Of a stretch of 32,000 nt of DNA, positions 23,496 to 32,000 are shown piece after piece (within the stretch, counting starts at the first letter, position 1; each line of letters begins with the position of its first letter). The DNA is taken from contig OZ244887.1 of NCBI GenBank assembly GCA_965221415.1, positions 381,672 to 413,671 on the forward strand, in the 5' to 3' direction. This DNA is from Parvibaculaceae bacterium (lineage in GTDB: Bacteria; Pseudomonadota; Alphaproteobacteria; RS24). The notes beneath the pieces were generated by a model that was given only the letters and a program-made list of their open reading frames with translations, made no database searches and had not been told where the DNA came from. The position numbers and the translations under genes are program-made.

Positions 23496-26381
23496 ATGGG
23501 TCTTTTGTTTGATAATCTGCCATCTCGCACGCCTTTGGATGCGGCGCAGGCGGCGGCTTTGCTGCGCGATATTCATCAGCAAGCGGAAAGCCCCGCGCAA
23601 GATTTACTGACCCGCCACGCTGATTTTTTTGGTTGGGTGGTGGAGGGCAGTCCGTTTTTGACGCGGCTTATGCGGCGTTATCCTGATGTGTTGGAGACGC
23701 TTTTAGCGCAACCGATGGCGGATTACATGGCGCAGCTATTGGTCGATATGGAAAGTGATGTGACGGCTTGTGCGATGACGCAAGATGGCCAAGACGCGGC
23801 GATGGCGGCGATGCGTCATGGTCGCAATCGCGCGGCACTGGCGATTGGATTGGCGGATGCGGCAGATTATTGGGATGTCGAGCAGGTCACGCAAGCCATG
23901 AGTGCGCTGGCTGATAAGGCGGTCGGGACAGCACTGGATTACTTGCTGCATCAGGCGGTGGCGCAAGACAAGTTGTCGCATTTTGCGCGCGATGGGTTGG
24001 TCGTGTTGGCACTCGGCAAGCATGGCGGGCAAGAGCTTAATTACTCGTCCGATATTGATTTCGTGGTCTATTACACGCCTGATGCTTTGCCATTGGTGGC
24101 GGGTCATGATGTGCGCAAGTTTCATATCACACTGGTGCGCGATTTAAGCGCGATGCTACAAAATGTGACGCAGGATGGGTTCGTGTTTCGGGTTGATTTG
24201 CGCCTGCGACCTGACCCCGGGTCGACGCAGGTGACTGTCTCGGTTGACGCGGCACTTGGATATTATGAATCGCAAGGGCAAAATTGGGAGCGCGCGGTCT
24301 ATATTAAAGCGCGCCCGATAGCGGGTGACATAGCGGCAGGACAGCGGTTTATTGATGAGTTGCAGCCCTATATTTGGCGGCGTTATTTTGACTTTGCCGC
24401 CATTGAAGATGTCCATTCGATGAAGCGTCAGATTCATGCGGTGCGGGGTCATGCTGAGATTGCCGCCCTTGGTCATAATCTCAAATTGGGGCGCGGGGGC
24501 ATTCGTGAAATTGAGTTTTTTGTGCAAACGCAACAGCTTATCGCGGGCGGGCGGGATGTTGATTTGCGGGGGCATCGCACGGTCGATATGTTGGATATGT
24601 TGGCGCGCAAAGATTGGATTACCCAAGAGACCGCGACACGCTTAACCGAAAGCTATTATTTTTTGCGCCGCTTAGAGCACCGCTTGCAGATGCGCCTTGA
24701 TGAGCAGACGCATAGTTTGCCGAGCGAGCCAGACGCGTTTGAAGCGCTTTCGCATTTTGCGGGTTATGCCTCGGTGGATGAGTTTACGACTATTTTCACG
24801 CAGCATTTATCTGGTGTGACGCAGGAATATGCGCTGCTGTTTGAGCAATCCGAAAGCCTGTCGGGCGATGGCGGGAACTTGGTATTTAGCGGTGGTGAAG
24901 ACGACCCAGACACATTAGAGACATTGTCCAAAATGGGGTTTAGGCGACCTAAAGATATGTCGGGGCTTATTCGTGGTTGGCATGCCGGGCGCATGGCGGC
25001 GACGCGCACGGCACGCGCGCGTGAGATTTTGACGCGCCTTATGCCGCTTATTCTGGAGCGATTGGCGCAAGGCGGTGATGCGGATGATGGGTTTATTCGG
25101 TTTCATAATTTTTTGCAGGCGCTGCCGTCGGGTGTGCAGATTTTCTCGCTGTTTCAGTCGAACCCGCATGTGCTGCATTTATTGATTGATATTATTTCGG
25201 TAGCGCCGCGTTTGTCGGCGTTTCTGGCGAGTAATTCGAACTTGATTGATACGCTTATTCAGCAAGCGCCATCGGAAGATTTGGCGATTGAGGTTGGGGG
25301 CGATGATTTCGAGGCGACGATGAATGCGGTGCGCCGCTATGTGCATGAGGCGCAGTTTCGCATTGGCACGCGTTCGCTGGCTGACCCGTCTATGGCCGTT
25401 CGCTTTGGGGAGACCTATAGTGCATTGGCAAAAACGGCGATTACGACGATGTTGGCGGCGGCGCAGGCTGATATTGAACGCCAATATGGAGCCTTGTCGG
25501 GTGGGCAGTTGGTGATTGTCGGCCTTGGTAAACTTGGCAGTCGCGAGATGACCTTGCAGTCTGACCTCGACCTTATTGTGATTTGTGACATTGCCGATTT
25601 TTCGGCTGTTTCTGATGGCGCGAAATCGATTAATGCGGAGCAGTGGTTTGCGCGACTGGCGCGTCGTTTTATGAGTGGGTTAAGCGCACCGACTGCCGAG
25701 GGCGGCTTGTTTGAAGTCGACACACGGCTGCGTCCATCGGGCGAGGCGGGTCCTTTGGTGGCGAAGCTCGTATCGTTTGAGGATTACCAAAAAACGGCGG
25801 CGTGGACGTGGGAGCATATGGCGCTGACGCGTGGACGCATCGCGGCGGGTGATGCAACTTTGGCGCGCAAGGTCGAAGCCGTGATGCATGATGTGCTGGC
25901 GATGCCGCGCGATAATACCAAATTGGTAGAAGATGTGATTGAGATGCGCGGACGCTTGCGCGAACATCAGCCGCAGCTTGGGGTCTATGACATACGGCGC
26001 GGGGATGGCGGGTTGGTCGATATTGAGTTCATCGCACAAAGCGTGCAGCTTGCTTATGGTCATCAGCATCCAGAGCTGATAGGCGCGCGCGATTTGCAAA
26101 GTCTGTTGGCCGATTTGAAATCCATCGGCGTGTTAGAGACAGCGTTTGAAACACTCGAAGCGGCGGCGCAGTGCTTTTTGGCGGTGCGCCAAATCGCGAG
26201 CTTATGTTTAGAAGACAGCGAAACAGATTTGGCACCCGCCACGGCTGCTTTGTTGTTAGAGGCTTTAAACGAACCAGATATGCGGCGTTTGCAGGATAAT
26301 CTGGCGCGGCATCGCGAGGCTGTGAACGGTGTGTTTGATGATGTGATGGCGCATTTATCTAAGGCCCATGTGAGTGATTGA
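23496..26381 (+). CDS. glnE: bifunctional glutamine synthetase adenylyltransferase/adenylyl-removing enzyme
   Basis: 961 aa with two nucleotidyltransferase repeats, GKHGGQELNYSSDIDFVVYY and GKLGSREMTLQSDLDLIVIC. Each is followed by a GlnE-type helical domain. Confidence 0.93.
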   Translation: MGLLFDNLPSRTPLDAAQAAALLRDIHQQAESPAQDLLTRHADFFGWVVEGSPFLTRLMRRYPDVLETLLAQPMADYMAQLLVDMESDVTACAMTQDGQDAAMAAMRHGRNRAALAIGLADAADYWDVEQVTQAMSALADKAVGTALDYLLHQAVAQDKLSHFARDGLVVLALGKHGGQELNYSSDIDFVVYYTPDALPLVAGHDVRKFHITLVRDLSAMLQNVTQDGFVFRVDLRLRPDPGSTQVTVSVDAALGYYESQGQNWERAVYIKARPIAGDIAAGQRFIDELQPYIWRRYFDFAAIEDVHSMKRQIHAVRGHAEIAALGHNLKLGRGGIREIEFFVQTQQLIAGGRDVDLRGHRTVDMLDMLARKDWITQETATRLTESYYFLRRLEHRLQMRLDEQTHSLPSEPDAFEALSHFAGYASVDEFTTIFTQHLSGVTQEYALLFEQSESLSGDGGNLVFSGGEDDPDTLETLSKMGFRRPKDMSGLIRGWHAGRMAATRTARAREILTRLMPLILERLAQGGDADDGFIRFHNFLQALPSGVQIFSLFQSNPHVLHLLIDIISVAPRLSAFLASNSNLIDTLIQQAPSEDLAIEVGGDDFEATMNAVRRYVHEAQFRIGTRSLADPSMAVRFGETYSALAKTAITTMLAAAQADIERQYGALSGGQLVIVGLGKLGSREMTLQSDLDLIVICDIADFSAVSDGAKSINAEQWFARLARRFMSGLSAPTAEGGLFEVDTRLRPSGEAGPLVAKLVSFEDYQKTAAWTWEHMALTRGRIAAGDATLARKVEAVMHDVLAMPRDNTKLVEDVIEMRGRLREHQPQLGVYDIRRGDGGLVDIEFIAQSVQLAYGHQHPELIGARDLQSLLADLKSIGVLETAFETLEAAAQCFLAVRQIASLCLEDSETDLAPATAALLLEALNEPDMRRLQDNLARHREAVNGVFDDVMAHLSKAHVSD

Positions 26382-26432
26382 CCTTGTGGTTTGCTTGCAC
26401 TACCTTTTTGGTTGAATGAAGGAGGCTTTCCC

Positions 26433-27548
26433 ATGAATTTTGATTTTTCTGACGACCAGAAAATGCTGAAAGACCAAGCGCGCAAGTTTTTAACGGACAA
26501 GTGCAGCTATGATGATGTGCGCAGCATTCTTGAAAGCGACGCCAGTCACCATGATGATGTGTGGCAGGGGCTTTGCGATTTAGGATTTACTGGCGCGGCT
26601 ATTCCAGAAGCCTATGGCGGCTTGGGTCTTGGGGCTTTGGAATTATGCGTTATTGCCGAAGAGCTTGGCCGTGCGGCAGCGCCGGTTCCGTTTAGCTCGT
26701 CGATTTATATGGTGGCTGAAGCTTTGAAGCTTGCTGGCTCAGAGGAGCAAAAGCAGACATGGTTGCCGCAGCTTGCCTCGGGCGCGATTATCGGCACATT
26801 GGCAGCGGCGGAAGGGGCGCAAGCGCCATCGCCGCGTTCGATTAAAACAAGCTTTGCCAAGGGCAAGCTGAATGGTCGCAAATTGCCAGTGCCAGATGGC
26901 GAAACGGCCTCTGTCGCGATTGTGCTGGCCAATACAGGCAAGAAGGCGCTTTCTTTGGTTGTGGTAGACCTCATGCAAGATGGTGTGACGCGCACGGGCG
27001 TTGATACGGTTGACCCAACGCGCGGCCATGCAGAGATTAGTTTCGAAGATGCTGATGCGACGCTTCTCGGTGATGAAGGCGACGGCTGGGCATTGATGAC
27101 TCGGATTGAAGCGGGGGCGGCTGTGTTGGTTGCTTTCGAGCAAGTTGGTGGCACAGAAGCAGCGCTTGATATGGCGAAAGAATACGCGCTTGAGCGCTTT
27201 GCGTTTGGTCGTCAAATCGGCAGCTATCAGGCGATTAAGCACAAGCTGGCCGATATGTATGTGAAGTTGGAGTTGGCGCGGTCGAACGCTTATTATGGCG
27301 CGATGATGCTGTCTGAGGATGGCGCGGAATTGGAATTGGCGGCGGCTGCTGCGCGCATTTCAGCGACCGAAGCGTATCGTTTTGCTGCCCAAGAGTGTAT
27401 TCAGGTGCATGGTGGCATCGGCTTTACGTGGGAGGCTAATCCGCAATTCCATTATCGTCGGTCGAAATTATTGTCGCTGTCTTTGGGCAGTGCCAGTCGG
27501 TGGAAAAACAGACTCGTGGCCGAGCTTGAAAAAAGTAATGTGGCTTAA
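26433..27548 (+). CDS. acyl-CoA dehydrogenase family protein (first of a tandem pair)
   Basis: The ATG at 26433 follows a strong GAAGGAGG RBS, whereas the track ORF starts at 26391. ACAD architecture is present: MNFDFSDDQKMLKD..., IPEAYGG, QVHGGIGFTWE. The canonical C-terminal catalytic Glu position (YEG) reads SLG. Confidence 0.88.
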   Translation: MNFDFSDDQKMLKDQARKFLTDKCSYDDVRSILESDASHHDDVWQGLCDLGFTGAAIPEAYGGLGLGALELCVIAEELGRAAAPVPFSSSIYMVAEALKLAGSEEQKQTWLPQLASGAIIGTLAAAEGAQAPSPRSIKTSFAKGKLNGRKLPVPDGETASVAIVLANTGKKALSLVVVDLMQDGVTRTGVDTVDPTRGHAEISFEDADATLLGDEGDGWALMTRIEAGAAVLVAFEQVGGTEAALDMAKEYALERFAFGRQIGSYQAIKHKLADMYVKLELARSNAYYGAMMLSEDGAELELAAAAARISATEAYRFAAQECIQVHGGIGFTWEANPQFHYRRSKLLSLSLGSASRWKNRLVAELEKSNVA

Positions 27549-27562
27549 AAAGGAAAATTAAA

Positions 27563-28798
27563 ATGGACTTTAACGATACCCCAGAAGAAGCCAAGTTTCG
27601 CAGCGAAGTGCGCGCATGGTTGAGCGAGAACGCAACATTGCGCGACCCTAATAATACCAAGGCGAGCGTTTCTGAGAAGCCAGAAGCCGAGCGTTTGGTG
27701 CGTGCTAAAGAATGGCAAGCCAAAAAGGCGGCGGCTGGATATGCGGCGATTACATGGCCGACGGAATATGGTGGGCTTGGTGGCACGCCGATTCAATCGG
27801 TGATTTATGCGCAGGAAGAAAGCAATTTTGCTGTGCCGGGTGGGTTTTTTGAAATCGGCCTTGGTATGTGCATCCCGACCATGATGAAATGGGCAACGCC
27901 CGAGCAGAACGAGCGTTATGTGAAACCTGCTTTGTTTGGCGAAGAGATTTGGTGCCAGTTGTTTTCTGAGCCGTCGGCTGGTTCGGATGTCGCAGGCTTG
28001 CGCACGAAGTGCGAGCGCGATGGCGATGATTGGATTATTAATGGCCAGAAGGTTTGGACATCGGGGGCGCATTTTTGCGATTACGGCATTATCGTCACGC
28101 GCTCCGACCCGACCGTGCCGAAGCATAAGGGGCTGACGTTCTTTTTCCTTGATATGAAAACCCCCGGTATTGAAGTGCGTCCGATTAAGCAAATCTCGGG
28201 CGGCAGTGGCTTCAATGAGGTGTTCTTTAACGATGTGCGTGTGCCAGATAGCCAACGCCTCGGTGATGTCGGTGAGGGGTGGAAAGTCTCGCTCACGACG
28301 CTGATGAATGAACGCCTTGCGATTGGTCAGGGGTCTGGTGTCGATTATAAGGAACTTTTAAAATTGGCACGCGAGACGGAGTTGGAAGATGGGCTCGCCT
28401 TGAAAGATTCGAATGTGCGCGAAAAATTGGCCGATTGGTACGTCCAGTCGCAAGGGTTGAAATATACCAAATTCCGCACTTTGACGGCTTTGTCGAAAGG
28501 GCAAGTGCCGGGGGCAGAAAGCTCTATTGGTAAAATTGTCTCTGGCCCGAAAATGCAAGATTTGGCAGGCTTTGCGATGGAAATGCAAGGCCAAGGCGGC
28601 ATGATGCATGATGTCGAAGAAAGTCCAGCGGCGGGGGCTTTCCAAAATCAATGGCTGGGAGCTGCGGGCTATCGTATTGCGGGCGGGACGGATGAGATTT
28701 TGCGCAATATTGTGTCGGAGCAAGTGCTCGGTCTGCCGCAGGATATTCGCATTGATAAAAATGTGCCGTTTAATGAATTGGCGAGCAATAAGAAGTAA
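27563..28798 (+). CDS. acyl-CoA dehydrogenase family protein (second of a tandem pair)
   Basis: 411 aa containing WPTEYGGLG, FSEPSAGSDVAGLRT and INGQKVWTSGA. The C-terminal IAGGTDEILRN resembles LCAD/IVD-type enzymes, and a Glu is present in LMNERLAIG (helix-G position). Confidence 0.9.
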   Translation: MDFNDTPEEAKFRSEVRAWLSENATLRDPNNTKASVSEKPEAERLVRAKEWQAKKAAAGYAAITWPTEYGGLGGTPIQSVIYAQEESNFAVPGGFFEIGLGMCIPTMMKWATPEQNERYVKPALFGEEIWCQLFSEPSAGSDVAGLRTKCERDGDDWIINGQKVWTSGAHFCDYGIIVTRSDPTVPKHKGLTFFFLDMKTPGIEVRPIKQISGGSGFNEVFFNDVRVPDSQRLGDVGEGWKVSLTTLMNERLAIGQGSGVDYKELLKLARETELEDGLALKDSNVREKLADWYVQSQGLKYTKFRTLTALSKGQVPGAESSIGKIVSGPKMQDLAGFAMEMQGQGGMMHDVEESPAAGAFQNQWLGAAGYRIAGGTDEILRNIVSEQVLGLPQDIRIDKNVPFNELASNKK

Positions 28799-28810
28799 GC
28801 TTGTAGCGAG

Positions 28811-29806
28811 ATGAGCTTGCGTGCTGCAGATATAAAATTTTCCGTTGCCCCGATGATGGAATGGACTGACCGTCAGGATCGGTTTTTTCTGCGGCTTATT
28901 TCGCGTCATGCGCGGCTTTATACTGAAATGGTTACGGCGGATGCTATCTTGCATGGCGACCGTGCGCAATTGCTTGATTATCATGCGCAGGAGCATCCGG
29001 TGGCTCTGCAATTGGGGGGTAATGCGCCAGATAAATTGGCCGAAGCCAGTAAGATTGGCGAAGACTGGGGCTATGATGAGATAAACTTGAATGTCGGATG
29101 CCCGTCGGCGCGGGTGCAATCGGGTCAGTTCGGGGCGCGCTTGATGGAGACGCCTGATTTGGTCGCTGAGTGTATGGCGGCGATGGCGGCGGCGGTGGAT
29201 ATTCCAGTGACGGTGAAATGCCGTATCGGTGTCGATGAACAAGACCCGCATGAGGCGTTGTTCACCTTGGTTGAGAAATCGAAGAAGGTGGGTGTGCAGC
29301 ATTTTATTATTCATGCGCGGAAGGCTTGGCTCGATGGTCTCAGCCCGAAAGAAAATCGTGATATCCCGCCGCTTGATTATCCTTTGGTATATCAGCTGAA
29401 GCAGGCGCATCCTGATGTGCTGATTACGGTGAATGGCGGCATTGAGACGCTGGGTGAGTGCGATACGCATTTAGACCGCGTTGATGGCGTGATGCTAGGG
29501 CGTGCGGCGTATAAAAACCCGTATCTTTTGGCCGATGTGGATGCGTGGGGGTTTGGCGATGATACGCCTGCGCTGAGCCGCGAAGCGATTGTCGAGGCGC
29601 TTATTCCTTATGCTGAAAACTTGATAGCCGACGGCACATCGTTGCATGCTTTGACGCGTCATGTGATGGGGTTGTTTCAAGGCCAGCCGGGGGGTCGGTT
29701 ATGGCGACGGCATTTGAGCGAGAACGCGCCGCGTCGTGGTGATGACCCAAATGTCTTGCGCGAGGCGTTGGCATTGGTGCAAGAGCAGATAATGAGGGCG
29801 TCATGA
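28811..29806 (+). CDS. dusA: tRNA-dihydrouridine(20/20a) synthase DusA
   Basis: 331 aa containing SVAPMMEWTDR, INLNVGCPS (catalytic Cys region) and IIHARKAWL. The length and C-terminal helical domain are typical of DusA. Confidence 0.92.
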   Translation: MSLRAADIKFSVAPMMEWTDRQDRFFLRLISRHARLYTEMVTADAILHGDRAQLLDYHAQEHPVALQLGGNAPDKLAEASKIGEDWGYDEINLNVGCPSARVQSGQFGARLMETPDLVAECMAAMAAAVDIPVTVKCRIGVDEQDPHEALFTLVEKSKKVGVQHFIIHARKAWLDGLSPKENRDIPPLDYPLVYQLKQAHPDVLITVNGGIETLGECDTHLDRVDGVMLGRAAYKNPYLLADVDAWGFGDDTPALSREAIVEALIPYAENLIADGTSLHALTRHVMGLFQGQPGGRLWRRHLSENAPRRGDDPNVLREALALVQEQIMRAS

Positions 29807-30612
29807 GTGTTGAGTTTGCTTTTCTCGGGGCGATTTTGCTGTCGGCAGGATTTTTGGCGGGCATCCTTGCGGGACTTTTAGGCATAGGCGGCGGCATTGT
29901 TTTGGTGCCTGTGTTGTTCCAGACTTTCGTGTTTTTTGATGTGCCGATTTCGTTGCAAATCCATATGGCGGTCGGCACGTCCTTGGCGATGATTTGCTTT
30001 ACGGGTACACAGTCGGCGCGGAGTCATTTAAAGCGCGGCGCGGTGGATGGCGCTGTTCTGAAAAGCTGGGGCGCGTATGTGGCTGTGGGGGCGTTAAGCG
30101 GTGCGATTGCGGTGCGCTATATTTCGCCTGCGGGGTTAAAGATTATTTTCGCTGCCCTCGCTTTGACCATGGGGGTGCGCATGGTGCTGAACCGAAGCGG
30201 TGGTGAAGCGGGTGCGCGACGCTTTGGGGGCGGGGTGCAAAAAAGCCTTGCGGGGCTGATTGGATTTTTCTCATCGCTGATGGGCATTGGCGGCGGCATG
30301 TTGTCGGTGCCTTTGCTCACGACATCGGGCTTGAATGTGCATCGTGCGGTTGGCACGTCGTCTGCCTTGGGGGTTATCATTGCTGTGCCCGCGACGATTG
30401 GCTTTATCGTTGGCGGGTGGGGATTGCCTGACTTGCCGCCATTTGCTTTGGGCTATGTCAATGGCATGGCGTTTCTGTTGATGATACCTGCGAGCATGAT
30501 GGGCGCGCCTTTGGGTGCAAAAATAGCCCATGGGTTGAGCAAGTCGATGCTCAATCGGATTTTTGCTGTGTTTTTACTGGTAAGCGGCGGGCGTATGTTA
30601 TTGGCGCTTTAA
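29803..30612 (+). CDS. TauE/SafE (DUF81) family anion/sulfite exporter-like membrane protein
   Basis: 269-aa polytopic protein with an internal duplication, shown by LLGIGGGIVLVPVL and LMGIGGGMLSVPLL. ATGA overlap with dusA. Confidence 0.85.
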   Translation: MSVEFAFLGAILLSAGFLAGILAGLLGIGGGIVLVPVLFQTFVFFDVPISLQIHMAVGTSLAMICFTGTQSARSHLKRGAVDGAVLKSWGAYVAVGALSGAIAVRYISPAGLKIIFAALALTMGVRMVLNRSGGEAGARRFGGGVQKSLAGLIGFFSSLMGIGGGMLSVPLLTTSGLNVHRAVGTSSALGVIIAVPATIGFIVGGWGLPDLPPFALGYVNGMAFLLMIPASMMGAPLGAKIAHGLSKSMLNRIFAVFLLVSGGRMLLAL

Positions 30613-32000
30613 ATCTTTTGGTCATACTCGCCGATTTCGTCATATGACGATAGCAGCGTGTCGATTTCGGCAAAAATAGCCCGCATATTTTCTTCAGATG
30701 TGGGGCTTTCCACCACCACGACAAGTCCGGGTTTGTTAGAAGATGCGCGCACCAAGCCCCATGTGCCATCTTCGAGGGTGATGCGCACGCCGTTGACGGT
30801 TACGAGGTCACGAATGGGCTGGCCGATAAGTGTGCCGCCTTGTTTTGCGAGTTGTTCAAAATGGGCGATGGCGCGGTCGACGACTTCGTATTTTTTCTCG
30901 TCGTCGCAATAGGGCGACATGGTCGGCGAGCTATAGGTGACGGGCAATGAACGGCGCAAATCGGCCATGGTTTTTGTGTCGTCGCGCGCGAGCATATCGC
31001 ATATCGCTATCGCGCTGAGAATGCCATCATCATAGCCGCGGCCAATCGGGGCGTTGAAAAAGAAATGCCCGCTTTTTTCAAAGCCTGCCAGTGCGCCTAA
31101 TTCGTGCGTGTGGCGTTTCATATAAGAGTGTCCCGTTTTCCAATAATGCGTGGTAACGCCAGAGGCTTGTAATTCGGGGTCGGTGTTGAATAGTCCCGTT
31201 GATTTTACATCGACCACAAACACGGCATTATCGTGTTGTTTGGCCAAATCGCGGCCAATCAATACGCCCATTTTATCGGCGAAGATTTCTTCTCCCTCAT
31301 TATCGACGACACCGCAGCGGTCGCCATCGCCGTCAAAGGCAAAGCCGATATCTGCGCCGCTTTGCAATACTTTATCGCGCAAGGCGTGGAGCATTTCCAT
31401 GTCTTCGGGGTTTGGGTTGTGGTGCGGAAAGCTGTAGTCGAGGTCGCAATGTAGCGCGACCACGTCAACGCCCAATTTTGCGAGAACCTCGGGGGCGAAC
31501 GCGCCAGCTGTGCCATTGCCGCAGGCCACGACGGCTTTGAGTTTGCGCTTGAAAACCCCGTGCGCGATTAAATCATCCTTGTAGGCTTGTGCGACTTGCT
31601 CGACACGGCGATAGCTTCCGCCATCGCGCGATTGGCCAGTATTGTTTAGCACGCAGTCGCGCAAGGCCGACATTTCGTCGGGGCCAAAAGTCAGAGGCCG
31701 CGCCGCTCCCATTTTAACGCCCGTCCAACCATTTTCATTATGGCTTGCTGTCACCATGGCAACGGCGGGGACATCCAGATGAAACTGCGCAAAATAAGCC
31801 GTCGGCGAGAGCGCCAGACCAATATCCAATACCTCGATGCCTGCGCTCATCAGACCCGTGGTCAGGGCGAGTTTGATGCTTTGCGAATAGGCGCGAAAAT
31901 CATGGCCGACAACAATCCGCGGCGTTGGCGTATCGCCGAGCAAATCATACAGCACCGTGCCAAGCCCAAAACCTAAGGCTTGCATACCCGACAGATTTAT
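30609..32000 (-). CDS. phosphomannomutase/phosphoglucomutase (alpha-D-phosphohexomutase), N-terminus beyond the right edge
   Basis: Phosphoserine loop TASHNENGWTG, Mg-binding FDGDGDRCGVVD and sugar-binding GFEKSGHFFF. The frame stays open upstream of the Met at 31985 (..INLSG-MQALGF) to the window end. The usual N-terminal approximately 20-40 residues are missing, so the gene is truncated by the window. Confidence 0.9.
   Translation of the reverse strand: MNLSGMQALGFGLGTVLYDLLGDTPTPRIVVGHDFRAYSQSIKLALTTGLMSAGIEVLDIGLALSPTAYFAQFHLDVPAVAMVTASHNENGWTGVKMGAARPLTFGPDEMSALRDCVLNNTGQSRDGGSYRRVEQVAQAYKDDLIAHGVFKRKLKAVVACGNGTAGAFAPEVLAKLGVDVVALHCDLDYSFPHHNPNPEDMEMLHALRDKVLQSGADIGFAFDGDGDRCGVVDNEGEEIFADKMGVLIGRDLAKQHDNAVFVVDVKSTGLFNTDPELQASGVTTHYWKTGHSYMKRHTHELGALAGFEKSGHFFFNAPIGRGYDDGILSAIAICDMLARDDTKTMADLRRSLPVTYSSPTMSPYCDDEKKYEVVDRAIAHFEQLAKQGGTLIGQPIRDLVTVNGVRITLEDGTWGLVRASSNKPGLVVVVESPTSEENMRAIFAEIDTLLSSYDEIGEYDQKI

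Noticed and set aside
28358-29470. A 370-codon ORF on the minus strand spanning the end of the second acyl-CoA dehydrogenase and much of dusA. Similar long antisense ORFs occur at 16465..17166, 6590..7387, 22561..23379, 27545..28255, 14613..15182 and 15560..16141.
   Set aside because: These lie entirely antisense to genes with strong family motifs. Their products are Arg/His/Gln/Pro/Ile-rich with no recognisable motifs. For 28358..29470 the antisense codons are in register with the sense codons of both genes (27563, 28811 and 29468 share phase), so stops arise only opposite TTA/CTA/TCA sense codons. This is a known codon-usage artefact rather than evidence of coding.
28811-29806. dusA as a known integration hotspot for integrative elements (dusA-specific integrases).
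   Set aside because: The dusA ORF appears full-length with a normal N-terminus (SVAPMMEWTDR). No integrase or foreign-looking genes lie next to its 5' end; an acyl-CoA dehydrogenase ends 12 nt upstream.
1-32000. Scan for tRNA/rRNA genes, CRISPR arrays, IS elements and toxin-antitoxin pairs.
   Set aside because: Nearly all sequence is accounted for by long, well-supported CDSs. The few intergenic gaps (489-583, 3084-3160, 3611-3792, 17269-17324, 26382-26432) are too short and lack cloverleaf-like or repeat-spacer structure. This was a by-eye scan only, so tRNAscan, Infernal or CRISPR finders would be needed for certainty.

Overview
Gene-dense chromosomal segment, probably from an alphaproteobacterium (inferred from gene content, not from a search). 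Left flank (1-3610): minus-strand sulfur-assimilation and transport genes (truncated cysI, DUF2849, a NitT/TauT-type ABC transporter) and plus-strand ycgN. Centre (3793-17268): a complete, co-oriented RcGTA-type gene transfer agent (GTA) head-tail cluster, g1 to g15 plus a trailing DUF2793 gene. It has no integrase, repressor, replication or lysis genes. Right flank (17325-32000): nitroreductase, ccmI-ccmE-ccmF-ccmH, an OmpR-type response regulator with its histidine kinase, glnE, two tandem acyl-CoA dehydrogenases, dusA, a TauE/SafE permease, and a convergent phosphomannomutase/phosphoglucomutase that runs off the right edge. Intergenic space is minimal; the largest gap, about 180 bp at 3611-3792, lies upstream of the GTA. 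I recognised no tRNA, rRNA, CRISPR, transposase or integrase. I found no convincingly new system. The most interesting content is the GTA and its departures from the RcGTA archetype: a very short tape-measure gene, no g3.5, a possible -1 frameshift joining g10 and g10.1, a consensus-like sigma70 promoter upstream of g1, and the extra DUF2793 gene. All family calls rest on motifs and remembered homology, not on database searches. ORF-track coordinates include the stop codon, and the track accepts GTG/TTG starts.
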